NCBI GenBank assembly: GCA_051873995.1
Contig: JBJEFL010000028.1
Coordinates: 73,183-137,182 of the forward strand
DNA length: 64,000 nucleotides
Reading direction: 5' to 3'
From: Bacillus sp. (in: firmicutes)
GTDB taxonomy: Bacteria > Bacillota > Bacilli > Bacillales > DSM-1321
Shown here: positions 9,691 to 20,330 of the stretch, piece after piece
Layout: every line of letters starts with the position of its first letter
Numbering within the stretch: the stretch's first letter is position 1
Notes under the pieces: generated by a model
The model's input: the letters and a program-made list of their open reading frames with translations, nothing else
The model's database searches: none
What the model was told of the DNA's origin: nothing
Made by a program: the position numbers and the translations under genes

Positions 9691-10980
9691 TTAACTTTCT
9701 GTTGTCCGTGAACGTCTAGTGGCTGCACTTTTCATTTCGCCTTCTAGAATGCTGAAAAATTCTTCATTATTTTTTGTCTGTCTTAATTTACGGATGAAGC
9801 GCTCTGCAAAATCCGGAGAATCCGACATGGTTTTGCGCATTGCCCATAGCTTGTCCAGATGATCTTTCGGAATGAGAAGCTCTTCCTTACGTGTTCCGGA
9901 ACGACGAATATCAATCGCTGGGAAGATTCTTCTTTCCGCCAATGAACGATCCAGATGCAATTCCATATTACCGGTTCCTTTAAATTCTTCATAAATGACG
10001 TCATCCATACGAGAACCTGTATCGATCAATGCTGTAGCAAGAATTGTCAAACTGCCACCTTCTTCGATATTTCTCGCTGCCCCGAAGAATCGTTTCGGAC
10101 GGTGGAAAGCAGCAGGATCGATACCGCCCGACAACGTTCTACCGCTCGGCGGAATATAGAGGTTATAGGCACGAGCTAAACGGGTGATACTATCCATCAA
10201 AATGATTACATCCCGTTTATGCTCTACTAAACGCATCGCTCTCTCCAAAACAAGCTCTGCTACTTTAATATGGTTTTCAGGCAGCTCATCAAATGTTGAG
10301 CTTACCACATCACCTGCAACTGAACGCTCGATATCCGTTACCTCTTCCGGACGTTCATCTATTAATAAAACAATTAGTTCTGCTTCTGGATGATTGGTAG
10401 TAATTGCATTAGCAATTTCTTTGATGACAGTTGTTTTACCCGCTTTCGGAGGAGCAACAATAAGACCGCGTTGTCCAAAACCGACCGGTGCAATAACATC
10501 CATAATTCTTGTTGATAAGTTACGTTGTGTCGTTTCTAGATTGATTTGACGGTTAGGATATAGAGGTGTTAAAGCTGGGAAATGTACTCGCTCTTTTGCT
10601 GTTTCTGGATCATCGCCATTAACCGCTTCAACATGAAGTAACCCGTAATATCTTTCATTTTCTTTTGGAGGTCTTACTTTACCTGAAACTTTGTCCCCAT
10701 TTCTTAAATCAAAACGACGAATTTGTGAAGCAGAGATATAAATATCTTCCGAACTTGGTGAATAGTTAATCGGTCGTAGGAAACCAAATCCTTCAGACGG
10801 AATAATTTCCAACACACCTTCCATGAACAGAAGACCATCTTGTTCTGCTTGCGCTTTCAATATCGCGAAAATCAGTTCTTTTTTGGTCAATTTACTGTAA
10901 TAAGAAATCTTATACTCTTTAGCTAACTCATAAAGCTCTTTCAGTTTCATATGCTCTAAATGAGAAATAGTTAAGTTCAT
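9691..10980 (-). CDS. rho: Transcription termination factor Rho
   Basis: [36 protein letters not shown] motifs. Confidence 0.99.
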   Translation of the reverse strand: MNLTISHLEHMKLKELYELAKEYKISYYSKLTKKELIFAILKAQAEQDGLLFMEGVLEIIPSEGFGFLRPINYSPSSEDIYISASQIRRFDLRNGDKVSGKVRPPKENERYYGLLHVEAVNGDDPETAKERVHFPALTPLYPNRQINLETTQRNLSTRIMDVIAPVGFGQRGLIVAPPKAGKTTVIKEIANAITTNHPEAELIVLLIDERPEEVTDIERSVAGDVVSSTFDELPENHIKVAELVLERAMRLVEHKRDVIILMDSITRLARAYNLYIPPSGRTLSGGIDPAAFHRPKRFFGAARNIEEGGSLTILATALIDTGSRMDDVIYEEFKGTGNMELHLDRSLAERRIFPAIDIRRSGTRKEELLIPKDHLDKLWAMRKTMSDSPDFAERFIRKLRQTKNNEEFFSILEGEMKSAATRRSRTTES

Positions 10981-11507
10981 TTGTACACCACACTTTATAT
11001 TAATAGCATTAATTAGCGGTATTTCATCAAGTATTCAGCTATACGTATCTGTTGTTTGAAAAGGAATATAACAAAAGTTTGTTAGAAGAAATATTTGAAG
11101 GAAATCACCAAATAATTAACAGTTGCAGAATAGGAGTAATTTTTTTATTTCATCATATACTATATGTATTATTGTACTTCTATAGATAAAATTGTTCAAC
11201 CTGTTTCAAATGGCATTATCTATCTGATGAAACCCCATTCTTTTAATACTTAACATTGTCTATTTTACTTAAAAGTATTCAAAAAATAAACACGTTTTAG
11301 AATTATAGGAAATAATGCGAATAAAAAAATTAGAAATCCTCTCTCATCTCGCCTATTTACATAATAAAAAAACAGACTATACGCTTTGTATGCTATATAA
11401 AAGAGAATAGTCTGTCTTTTTTTGTTAGTATCCTAGTCTTTAATCCATCAAACACCGGACTAGAATTTTATAATCTGTAAATTGCTTAATCTGCTAACCC
11501 TTCAAGC

Positions 11508-12470
11508 TTACTTCATAACCAAATTCGGTTTTTTCTGCAAACTATGGCGGCCATCAATGAATCGTACTGTACCCGATTTCGCTCGCATAACAATAGATTG
11601 TGTTTCGCCATATGAGCCTTTAAATTGAACACCGCGAAGTAATTCTCCATCGGTTACCCCTGTTGCTGCAAAAATAGCATCGTCTCCTTTGACCAAATCC
11701 TCCATTCGCAGCACTTTACTAATATCGAGTCCCATTGATTGACAACGCAGCAGCTCCGCTTCATCTTGAGGCATTAACTTTCCTTGCAGTTCTCCCCCTA
11801 GACATTTTAAAGCAACCGCAGAAATGACACCCTCAGGCGCACCGCCAGAGCCAAATAAAATATCGACACCTGTTTGATCGAATGCTGTATTAATGGCTCC
11901 AGCGACATCACCATCATTAATCAGTTTAATGCGAACACCAGCTTCCCTAAGCTCATGGATAATGTGTGCATGACGCGGACGATTCAAAATAGTCGCCACT
12001 ATATCTTCAATATCCTTGTTCTTCGCTTTCGCCACCGCACGGACGTTGTCCATAATTGGCGCATTAATATCAATTAGACCAACCGCCTCAGGTCCTACAG
12101 CAATTTTATCCATATACATATCAGGCGCATGTAAAAGATTTCCTTTATCGGCAACGGCTAATACAGCCAACGCGTTCCAGCCACCAGAAGCGACAATATT
12201 CGTTCCTTCCAATGGATCGACTGCTACATCCACTCCAGGTCCAATACCCGTTCCTAGTTTTTCACCAATATATAACATAGGGGCTTCATCCATTTCCCCT
12301 TCACCTATAACAACTGTTCCACTCATAGGAATAGTATCAAAAACGTCCCTCATCGCAGATGTAGCCGCTCCATCGGCTTCATCCTTTTTCCCTCTTCCCA
12401 TCCAACGTGCAGAAGCTAAAGCAGCTGCCTCTGTGACGCGAACAAGTTCCATCGATAAGCTTCTTTCCAC
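11508..12470 (-). CDS. glpX: Fructose-1,6-bisphosphatase class II (Bacillus type)
   Basis: [30 protein letters not shown] motifs; canonical position between murAB and rho. Confidence 0.97.
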   Translation of the reverse strand: MERSLSMELVRVTEAAALASARWMGRGKKDEADGAATSAMRDVFDTIPMSGTVVIGEGEMDEAPMLYIGEKLGTGIGPGVDVAVDPLEGTNIVASGGWNALAVLAVADKGNLLHAPDMYMDKIAVGPEAVGLIDINAPIMDNVRAVAKAKNKDIEDIVATILNRPRHAHIIHELREAGVRIKLINDGDVAGAINTAFDQTGVDILFGSGGAPEGVISAVALKCLGGELQGKLMPQDEAELLRCQSMGLDISKVLRMEDLVKGDDAIFAATGVTDGELLRGVQFKGSYGETQSIVMRAKSGTVRFIDGRHSLQKKPNLVMK

Positions 12471-12563
12471 TTGCGTCCCCTCCAGTGAGTTGATAAGTAT
12501 AACATATTTACTTATTTATCATAACACATATAAGGAGCAAAAGGATAAAATACACTTTATCAA

Positions 12564-13847
12564 TTAACTTTTGAACTGTTCTACTTCATCAGGAGTCAGT
12601 TCTTCACGCCAAATGGTCGCACCTAATCCGCTCAGTTTGTCCTCTAAATGACTATATCCCCGATCAATATGTTCGATTCCTGTGATTTCCGTGACCCCTT
12701 CCGCCATCAGCCCGGCAATCACTAGAGCGGCCCCCGCCCGCAAATCACTAGCCTTCACTTTCGCCCCCTGCAATTGAACCGGTCCATTCACAATCGCCGA
12801 ACGGCCTTCTACCTTAATGGTTGCATTCATGCGGCGAAGCTCATCAATATGCTTAAAGCGGGCACCATAAATTGTATCCGTTACGACACTTGATCCTTCG
12901 GTCTTTGTCAAGAATGCTGTAAAGGGCTGCTGCAAATCCGTCGCAAAACCTGGATATACCAAGGTTTTCACGTCTACAGCCTTCAAATCCGTTCCAGGCG
13001 CCACATAAATTTGGTCATCTCTTGTATCGATACTTACTCCCACTTCACGAAGTTTAGCTATGAGGGACTCTAAATGTTGAGGAATGACATTATCAATAAG
13101 AATTCCTTCTCCGACCGCTGCTGCCATAATCATATATGTACCTGCCTCAATCCGATCCGGAATGATGGTATGACGACATCCGCTTAGTTTCTCTACACCA
13201 TCTATGCGAATAATATCCGTTCCAGCCCCCTTAATCTTAGCCCCCATATTGGTCAGCAAAGTAGCGACATCAATAATTTCAGGCTCTTTAGCTGCATTTT
13301 CAATTACGGTGCGCCCCTTCGCCAAGACAGCCGCCAGCATAATATTGATGGTCGCCCCAACACTGACAACATCCAGGTATATACGTGCACCGCGAAGCTC
13401 GTCCGCCCGTAAATAAATCGCTCCTTGCTCATTAGTCACTTGTGCACCGAGTGCTTCAAATCCTTTTATATGTTGGTCAATCGGTCTCGGTCCTAAATAA
13501 CAGCCACCGGGCAAACCGATTACCGCTTTTTTGAAACGCCCCAACATAGCCCCCATCAGATAATAGGAAGCACGCAATTTTTTAACTCGTCCACTCGGTA
13601 ATGGCATTGGAATCATTCTAGTGGGATCTACTGTCATTTCTTCATCACGAAATGTCACTGAACCCCCTATTTCTTCTAATAAGCCTTTCAAAATTTCAAC
13701 ATCTGATATATCAGGCAATCCCTCGATTGTCACAGGGGAATCGGCCAAAATGGTTGCAGGAATCAATGCCACTGCGCTATTCTTTGCCCCACTTACACGT
13801 ATCGTCCCTTTCAAAGGATAACCACCAGCAATCTTAAGCTTTTCCAT
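12564..13847 (-). CDS. murAB: UDP-N-acetylglucosamine 1-carboxyvinyltransferase 2
   Basis: [22 protein letters not shown] (catalytic Cys), DLRAGAAL; position matches murAB/murZ. Confidence 0.95.
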   Translation of the reverse strand: MEKLKIAGGYPLKGTIRVSGAKNSAVALIPATILADSPVTIEGLPDISDVEILKGLLEEIGGSVTFRDEEMTVDPTRMIPMPLPSGRVKKLRASYYLMGAMLGRFKKAVIGLPGGCYLGPRPIDQHIKGFEALGAQVTNEQGAIYLRADELRGARIYLDVVSVGATINIMLAAVLAKGRTVIENAAKEPEIIDVATLLTNMGAKIKGAGTDIIRIDGVEKLSGCRHTIIPDRIEAGTYMIMAAAVGEGILIDNVIPQHLESLIAKLREVGVSIDTRDDQIYVAPGTDLKAVDVKTLVYPGFATDLQQPFTAFLTKTEGSSVVTDTIYGARFKHIDELRRMNATIKVEGRSAIVNGPVQLQGAKVKASDLRAGAALVIAGLMAEGVTEITGIEHIDRGYSHLEDKLSGLGATIWREELTPDEVEQFKS

Positions 13848-14196
13848 ATTTAACTCCCTTCTATCGCTAGCAACATCTAAACAAGATCCAAGAGTACATT
13901 AAGAAATTTTTTCCAAAATCATTATTTATACACAGTCAATATATATTATAGTTTACACAAAAGTCAAAAACTCATGTAATGATACGCAAAAAAAGTTTTT
14001 TGGGGCTAAATGAATGGACGTATTTTATTCATAAACATATTCTTTTGCATTTTCATAAAAAAAACTGTTTTCGTAAACTTAGTTGTCTATTAAGAATTAG
14101 TGAATATAGATGGAAATTCCTCTTCAGGATGCTCACTTTAATCAACTTTTTTATCGGCCGGTTTTATTTCCCAAAACTTTTGTAGAAAATAACCTC

Positions 14197-14230
14197 AAAA
14201 AAAGTCATAGGTTCTGCAACCTATGACTTT
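14197..14230 (-). terminator. Intrinsic terminator after tal
   Basis: AAAGTCATAGG / CCTATGACTTT stem with a U-run on the minus strand. Confidence 0.75.
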
Positions 14231-14241
14231 GTTCAACTGCT

Positions 14242-14889
14242 TTATGCTTTATTTTGAGATTCCCAATCCGCTAAGAATGTGGCAATACCTTTATCGGTTA
14301 ATGGATGATTAAATAAAGACATAATTACCTTGTATGGAACCGTAGCAATATGCGCGCCATTTAGGGCAGCTTCCGTAATATGCATCGGATTTCGAATTGA
14401 GGCTGCAATGATTTCTGTTTCAATATTATGTAAAGCAAAGATTTGAGCAATATCGGCAATCAAATTCACACCATTTTGACCGATATCATCTAAACGTCCT
14501 AAAAATGGAGAAACATACGATGCACCCGCTCGTGCAGCCAGTAACGCTTGATTAGCACTGAAAATCAATGTGACGTTCGTTTTGATCCCTTCTTGGGCAA
14601 ATGTCGCTACTGCCTTCAAGCCGTCCGGAGTCATTGGAACTTTCACTGTTACATTCGGGCTGATTGCCGCTAGCTCTCTTCCCTCACGCACCATCCCTTC
14701 ATAGTCTGTCGCAATTACTTCAGCACTTACCGAACCTTTTACTAAAGAAGAAATTTCCTTGATTCGGTCATGAAACGACACACCTTCTTTAGCCACTAAT
14801 GACGGGTTTGTCGTCACACCAGATAATATACCTAAAGCGTGCGCTTCTTTGATTTCTTCAAAGTTAGCAGTATCGATGAAAAATTTCAT
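14242..14889 (-). CDS. tal: Transaldolase (FSA/TalC family)
   Basis: [20 protein letters not shown] Schiff-base Lys, YVSPFLGR; equivalent to B. subtilis ywjH. Confidence 0.93.
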   Translation of the reverse strand: MKFFIDTANFEEIKEAHALGILSGVTTNPSLVAKEGVSFHDRIKEISSLVKGSVSAEVIATDYEGMVREGRELAAISPNVTVKVPMTPDGLKAVATFAQEGIKTNVTLIFSANQALLAARAGASYVSPFLGRLDDIGQNGVNLIADIAQIFALHNIETEIIAASIRNPMHITEAALNGAHIATVPYKVIMSLFNHPLTDKGIATFLADWESQNKA

Positions 14890-15032
14890 ACTTTCACAAT
14901 CTCCCTTATATAAATTATTTTCAGAATTAACAAAACAGACTTAAAGCGTATATGTATCTTTTCCTCTCCATCATAATCAGTTTTCACCCCCAAATTCAAC
15001 CTTTTTATATAACTACCTTAAAAGGAAGCAAA

Positions 15033-15046
15033 TGTAAGCGGATACA
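15033..15046. promoter_or_regulatory. cre-like (CcpA) site
   Basis: TGTAAGCGGATACA, close to the cre consensus with deviations right of the central CG; between divergent tal and AEC permease. Confidence 0.5.
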
Positions 15047-15101
15047 CAATTAAACTGAAAGGCTTTCAGCCTATCTATGATCGTTCAAGCCCGTCACACC
15101 T

Positions 15102-15139
15102 TTATGTAACTTATGTAACTTACATTAGTTACATAAGTT
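15102..15139. promoter_or_regulatory. Direct plus inverted repeat operator candidate
   Basis: TTATGTAAC twice in tandem (15102-15119) and a perfect 13-bp inverted repeat AACTTATGTAACT-N6-AGTTACATAAGTT (15108-15139). Confidence 0.6.
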
Positions 15140-15241
15140 TAAAATACTTACGTTTTATTCACATCATCTTCAGTCTGCCTTATGATGAAATCCGTTCGAT
15201 ACATACACTCAATAAATTAAGAAATTTTCTTTTATATATCA

Positions 15242-15259
15242 TTGTGAATAATTTCACAA
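15242..15259. promoter_or_regulatory. Rex operator
   Basis: TTGTGAA-TAAT-TTCACAA, a perfect match to TTGTGAA-W4-TTCACAA, about 40 bp before the AEC permease start. Confidence 0.85.
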
Positions 15260-15298
15260 TTGTGTGTGTAACAAAATTATAACAGGAGGAAAATTCCT

Positions 15299-16354
15299 AT
15301 GAATCTTTTTGAAATCATTCAAACTACTATTACTGACATGGAATTTATCGGTGCAATTTCATCGACTATTTTCATTATCCTTCTTGGCTTCTTCTGCCGT
15401 AAGAAAGGAATCTTCTCTGCCGAAGTCGGAAAACTTCTATCTAATGTTGTATTAACAGTTGCTTTACCGTGTCTAGCCTTTAAAGCTTTCATGCAAGACA
15501 TTGACTCAGAAATGTTAAAGCAAGGTATGAACGTATTAATCTGGGGTATCGTAGTTTACATTATCCTCATTTTAGTTTCAAAACCACTTTTCTTAAAATA
15601 CAAATCCGATCGACAAGATACATTACGTGTCCTAACGATTTTTGGTTCAACAACATTCTTCGGTATTCCAATCGTAAGTGCCGTTTACGGGGCGGCTGGA
15701 GTAATGTTCAGTTCAATCTTTAACATCGGTTACCGTATCTTCCTTTACTCATACGGCTACATCAAAATGAGTGGGTTGAAAATGGAACTTAAGAATATTA
15801 AAACAATGTTCCTGAACCCAATCGTTATCGCAACATTTGCTGGTTTATTCATCTGGATCTTCCAAGGATATATGCCACAAGTTTCTGTCACTGCTGCTGA
15901 TGGAACGGTTGCGCAATACGCATTCCTACGTATCGACCAAACAGCGGCTTGGCTTTTCAAACCAATGACTTACTTATCTAACTTAGCGTCGCCACTTGCA
16001 TGGTTATCAATCGGCGCCACTCTTGGTGGAATCAGCTTCAAAAAAGCGGCTGCTGATAAAACATCTTGGTACTACAGCCTAATCAAAATTAGCCTTGTTC
16101 CATTAATTAATATTGCTTTGTTAACAATCTTAGCAATGACAAACATTTTGCCTGTTAGCTTTGAAGCACTTGCAACAATCGTTATCATGATGGCTACTCC
16201 AACTGCTACAGTTGCGGCTGCCTACGCAATCAGCTTCGATAAAGACGCTGTATTAGCATCTAATGCATCATTACTATCAACAATCGCCGCTATCGTGATG
16301 ATGCCAATTTGGATTGTGATCCTTGAAGTTATCAAAACTACTGGTCTGTTTTAA
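15299..16354 (+). CDS. AEC-family (auxin efflux carrier/MleP-like) organic acid permease
   Basis: 351 aa, about 10 TMs; VALPCLAF, FGSTTFFGIP, NPIVIAT, ATPTATVAAAYA motifs; RBS AGGAGG. Confidence 0.85.
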   Translation: MNLFEIIQTTITDMEFIGAISSTIFIILLGFFCRKKGIFSAEVGKLLSNVVLTVALPCLAFKAFMQDIDSEMLKQGMNVLIWGIVVYIILILVSKPLFLKYKSDRQDTLRVLTIFGSTTFFGIPIVSAVYGAAGVMFSSIFNIGYRIFLYSYGYIKMSGLKMELKNIKTMFLNPIVIATFAGLFIWIFQGYMPQVSVTAADGTVAQYAFLRIDQTAAWLFKPMTYLSNLASPLAWLSIGATLGGISFKKAAADKTSWYYSLIKISLVPLINIALLTILAMTNILPVSFEALATIVIMMATPTATVAAAYAISFDKDAVLASNASLLSTIAAIVMMPIWIVILEVIKTTGLF

Positions 16355-16464
16355 TAGTCATTCGTTTTTCCGCTCAGTGAATTTGTTCTGCATATTCACT
16401 GAGCATTTCTCGTATAACTTTCATACTACAAAACTAACTATCTTCATTTCAGGAGGAAACACAT

Positions 16465-17487
16465 ATGATTAAAATTGCTTGTTACGGCGTACGTCCAAAC
16501 GAGATTTCATTTTTTAATGATTTAAATAAACACAACTTCGAATTAACATTAATTGAAGATCTATTGACTCATGAATTAATCGCTACAGCTAAAGGGCATG
16601 ATGCTGTTCTTTTACGCGGAAACTGTGTGGCAGATGCAATCAATATTGAAAAAATGGCTGAATACGGCATTAAATATGTCTTCACTAGAACAGTCGGATT
16701 CAATCATATCGATTTAGAAGCGGCTGCAAAATACAACATGGAAGTAGCTCGCGTTCCTTCTTATTCACCAAACGCAATCGCTGAGCTTGCATTAACATTA
16801 TCCATGATGCTTTTACGTAACACCGCTTATACAACAAATAGAACGGCATATAAAAACTTCATCGTTGATGAAAAAATGTTCAGCAAAGAAATTCGTAACT
16901 GTACAGTTGGTATTATCGGAACTGGTCGTATTGGTGTAACAGAAGCTCAATTATTCAAAGGCTTGGGCGCACGAGTAATCGGATACGATAAATTCCAATC
17001 AGATTTCGCTAAGCAAGTTGTAGAGTTTAAAGATGATGTTGATTCATTATTAGCTGAAAGTGATATTGTTAGTATCCATGTGCCGTATTTCCCAGGCGAA
17101 AATGATAAAATGATCAACGCTGATTTCTTATCTAAAATGAAAAACGATGCGATTCTAATCAACACAGCACGTGGTGAGCTACAAGATAACGAAGCAATCT
17201 TAGAGGCATTGGAAAACAATCAATTAGGTGCATTCGGAACAGACGTTTTTGCAAATGAAAAAGATTTATTCTTCAAGAACTTTCAACCTTGGCAAGCACT
17301 ACCAGATCCAACTGTTCAAAAACTAGTGGACATGTACCCTCGTGTATTAGTAACTCCACATGTTGGTTCTAACACAGATGAAGCACTATCTAACATGATT
17401 GAAACAAGCTTCGATAACTTCTATGATATTTTAACTACAGGTAAAACACAAAATGCTATCGAGCTACCGGTTCCAGCTTTAGCATAA
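16465..17487 (+). CDS. NAD-dependent D-2-hydroxyacid dehydrogenase, HgdH-like ((R)-2-hydroxyglutarate dehydrogenase-like)
   Basis: GIIGTGRIG..YD Rossmann fold, INTARG, TPHVG catalytic motifs; YGVR, LRGNC and MMLLRNTAYTT resemble Acidaminococcus HgdH as recalled. Confidence 0.85.
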   Translation: MIKIACYGVRPNEISFFNDLNKHNFELTLIEDLLTHELIATAKGHDAVLLRGNCVADAINIEKMAEYGIKYVFTRTVGFNHIDLEAAAKYNMEVARVPSYSPNAIAELALTLSMMLLRNTAYTTNRTAYKNFIVDEKMFSKEIRNCTVGIIGTGRIGVTEAQLFKGLGARVIGYDKFQSDFAKQVVEFKDDVDSLLAESDIVSIHVPYFPGENDKMINADFLSKMKNDAILINTARGELQDNEAILEALENNQLGAFGTDVFANEKDLFFKNFQPWQALPDPTVQKLVDMYPRVLVTPHVGSNTDEALSNMIETSFDNFYDILTTGKTQNAIELPVPALA

Positions 17488-17506
17488 ACCGCAAATGATT
17501 CACTTG

Positions 17507-17540
17507 AAAAAGGGTTGTCTTAGGACAGCCCTTTTTCTTT
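17507..17540. terminator. Bidirectional terminator between dehydrogenase and response regulator
   Basis: AAAAAGGGTTGTCT / GGACAGCCCTTTTT stem with A- and T-runs. Confidence 0.75.
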
Positions 17541-17660
17541 CAATCCAAAAGAAGATGATAGAAAAATCGGCCCAAGAACGACATTTCTACCATCTTCCTT
17601 ATCTACACTCCTATATTTTCTGCTTCTTTCAGTTACCATGTTCCACAAAAAAGAGTATTA

Positions 17661-18374
17661 CTAATCTACCAAATATGGTTCAATCAAATTTTGATTTTCT
17701 CGTTTGTATTGATACATCGTAAGAGGTCTTCCAATATTGCCATAACTACAATAGGAAGTAATCACACCTAGTTTTTCTAAAAAGCTCAGATATTTACGAA
17801 TAGAGATTCGTGAAATACCAACAAGCTCCACCAATTCTTCTGTCGTAAATTCCAGACCTCTCGTCTCTTCAATGTAATCCCATATTCTTCTTAGAGTATT
17901 TCTTGATAGCCCCTTCGGCAAAGTTTCACTTACTGATGCTGGTCGCTTCACAATCATTAGTCGATCTAATTCACTCTGGTTCATTTGATTATTTTCCCGC
18001 AAAACCTTTGATTGTTCTCTATATGTCACCAGTGCTTCTTTAAACCGTTCAAAGCGGAAAGGCTTAATGATATAATCGACAGCCCCATATTGAAATGCCT
18101 TATGGATGCTCTTCATATCAGAAGCTGCCGTAATAAGGATGACATCAATATCCTTTTGCAGTTGACGGATAGTTGTGAGTAAATGCAGACCATCTTTTTC
18201 GGGCATAAAAATATCCAATAAAATCAACTTCACGTCGTTCTTTTCCAGAAAAGTGATTGCCTCCTTTACCGAAAATGCCTTGCCCTTCAATCGATATCCT
18301 TCTATTTCGTTCAGATAGCTTTTGTTGATTTCCGAAACCATTGGATCATCATCAACAATTAATACATCAATCAC
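17661..18374 (-). CDS. CitB/DcuR/MalR-family response regulator
   Basis: IVDDDPMV, LLDIFMP, DYIIKPF..ERF, LPKGLS..TL, wHTH ISRISIRKYL, GRP. Confidence 0.92.
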   Translation of the reverse strand: MIDVLIVDDDPMVSEINKSYLNEIEGYRLKGKAFSVKEAITFLEKNDVKLILLDIFMPEKDGLHLLTTIRQLQKDIDVILITAASDMKSIHKAFQYGAVDYIIKPFRFERFKEALVTYREQSKVLRENNQMNQSELDRLMIVKRPASVSETLPKGLSRNTLRRIWDYIEETRGLEFTTEELVELVGISRISIRKYLSFLEKLGVITSYCSYGNIGRPLTMYQYKRENQNLIEPYLVD

Positions 18375-18389
18375 ATTTTCACTCCTCTA

Positions 18390-19994
18390 TCAACATAACG
18401 GTAACTCCACAACAAAAGAAGTGCCTACTCCTACTTTTGTCTGAACCTGAAAATTACCACGTAAATTATCTATTGATTGTTTAGTCAGGTATAACCCATA
18501 CCCTCTTTCATCCCCTTTTGTTGAAAATCCTTTTTGGAAAATCGTCTCCAAAAGCTCGTTTTCAATACCAACACCATTATCCCGCACTTCCACTACTAAT
18601 TTTCCCCCCAGAGGATGAATAGAGAAAAACACTAACCTATCCTCTTTTGAGCTGACTGCGTCAAATGCATTTTCAATTAAATTGCCAGCTATCCGAATAA
18701 GATCGTGTGTCGCCTCAGTTGTTAATTCATCGGTAAAGCGGCTATCTTCACTTACTGAAAATTGAATCCCCCGTTCTCTTGCCTTGCTCATCTTGCCAAG
18801 AATAAACCCAGCAAAAATCGGGTTTTTGATTCGTTGAACAATAAAACTTTTTTCCATTTCATAATCTTCAACTAGACTCTCAATATAATGGTTCAAATCG
18901 TCATATTTTTTCAGATGAATCATACCGAGAATCACATGCAGCTTATTCATAAATTCATGCGAATGAGCCCGTAAAGATTCCGAGTAAATTTTGATTCCGG
19001 TCAATTGTTCCGCTAATAATTTCATTTCCGTCTTATCTCGGAATGTCCCGATTCCACCGACTACCTCCCCTTTTACCTCAATCGGAAAGCAATTCATCAA
19101 TACTGTACGACCATAAAAAACTTCTTCATGACCCTTTTCAGATTCACCTGTACGGATTACCTTTTCAAAAATCGGCATGTAATCCTTAACCTGTTTACCG
19201 ATCATTTCCTCATCTTTCACATTCATCAATCGACGCGCTTCTTCATTTACTAGCGTTATTTCGCCGTTTGCATTAACTGCTAGTATCCCTTCCTTCACCG
19301 ACTCAATCATTGTCTCCCGCTCCTCAAGAAGTTTAGCAATTTCAAACGGCTCCAAATTAAACAGTTTCTTTCTCACGTACTTGCTTAATAAAAATGCCCC
19401 AAACGCACCGAATAATAAAGGAAATACAGCGCAAAGATAAACAACTTGACGACTTTCTTTCATTAATTCTTCTACAAGGTCATAGGAGACACCAACAACC
19501 GCTATCCCTATCTGCGTCCCATTTTCATCCTTCACAGGCGAAAAAACACGAACCCCTACACCTAAAGGTCCCTCCTCCGTAGAGAAATATTCCTCTCCTT
19601 TTAACGCTGCCTGCGCATCTTGCCTATTGTAAAAAGACTTTCCTATTTCTTCTTCAAGCGGATGAGAAAGCCTCATCAAATCCATATCCAATATGACTAC
19701 AAACCCTACATCCGTTAATTTTGCTATGTTAACCGAATATTCCTGAACAGAACGATCATCGGGATTCTCCTCTGCATATTTGAGTCCATCTATAACAATA
19801 TCTGATTGCGCCGTCATCCTGGCGATGTTCAATATTTTTTCTGAAAGATTTTCTTTTGTTTGATTTGAAACATAGCGACTGATAAATAGACCCGTAATTA
19901 GAATAGAGATCAATACAATACTAAACACTAATAACAAAATTAACGTTTGGAGTTTAATGTTTTTTCTTTTTTTCAGGAAATGGGCATTTTTCAT
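18390..19994 (-). CDS. CitA/DcuS/MalK-family sensor histidine kinase
   Basis: Two TMs flanking a Cache-like domain (RLSHP), PAS, LRAHSHEFMNKLH H-box, GNLIENAFDA, DNGVGI, FSTKG, GYGL. Confidence 0.93.
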   Translation of the reverse strand: MKNAHFLKKRKNIKLQTLILLLVFSIVLISILITGLFISRYVSNQTKENLSEKILNIARMTAQSDIVIDGLKYAEENPDDRSVQEYSVNIAKLTDVGFVVILDMDLMRLSHPLEEEIGKSFYNRQDAQAALKGEEYFSTEEGPLGVGVRVFSPVKDENGTQIGIAVVGVSYDLVEELMKESRQVVYLCAVFPLLFGAFGAFLLSKYVRKKLFNLEPFEIAKLLEERETMIESVKEGILAVNANGEITLVNEEARRLMNVKDEEMIGKQVKDYMPIFEKVIRTGESEKGHEEVFYGRTVLMNCFPIEVKGEVVGGIGTFRDKTEMKLLAEQLTGIKIYSESLRAHSHEFMNKLHVILGMIHLKKYDDLNHYIESLVEDYEMEKSFIVQRIKNPIFAGFILGKMSKARERGIQFSVSEDSRFTDELTTEATHDLIRIAGNLIENAFDAVSSKEDRLVFFSIHPLGGKLVVEVRDNGVGIENELLETIFQKGFSTKGDERGYGLYLTKQSIDNLRGNFQVQTKVGVGTSFVVELPLC

Positions 19995-20220
19995 AGACCT
20001 TCAACCTTTCATCTATCCAGTTACATCCTGAAACAATTACTAAATATAAGCATTATTATGGACGAATCTTATTTATTTATGAACTGATCAGAAAGAAGTA
20101 ATACACCGGTCATTTGCTCACAATTTCACATAAATATTTTTTCAAAATGTTATTCATAGACAGTTTCTATTATGGTATAGCTTGCATATAGGTGTAATCT
20201 ATAATTACTCAACAAAACAA

Positions 20221-20249
20221 AATGACTTCGGTACAATACCGAAGTCATC
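20221..20249 (-). terminator. Terminator after fba
   Basis: ATGACTTCGGTA-caa-TACCGAAGTCAT stem preceded by A-runs. Confidence 0.7.
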
Positions 20250-20330
20250 TTTACACATGTATATACTCAATTCAAACGAACTATCAAATAGTGCCGTTCA
20301 AAGTAGCATTATCACATAGTTTATTATAAA

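Noticed and set aside
12016-12567. 183-aa plus-strand ORF opposite glpX, and similar antisense ORFs opposite fba, pta, the ABC genes, icmF, the aldolase and PTS IIC
   Set aside because: They fully overlap conserved genes on the other strand, show no recognisable motifs and are expected shadows.
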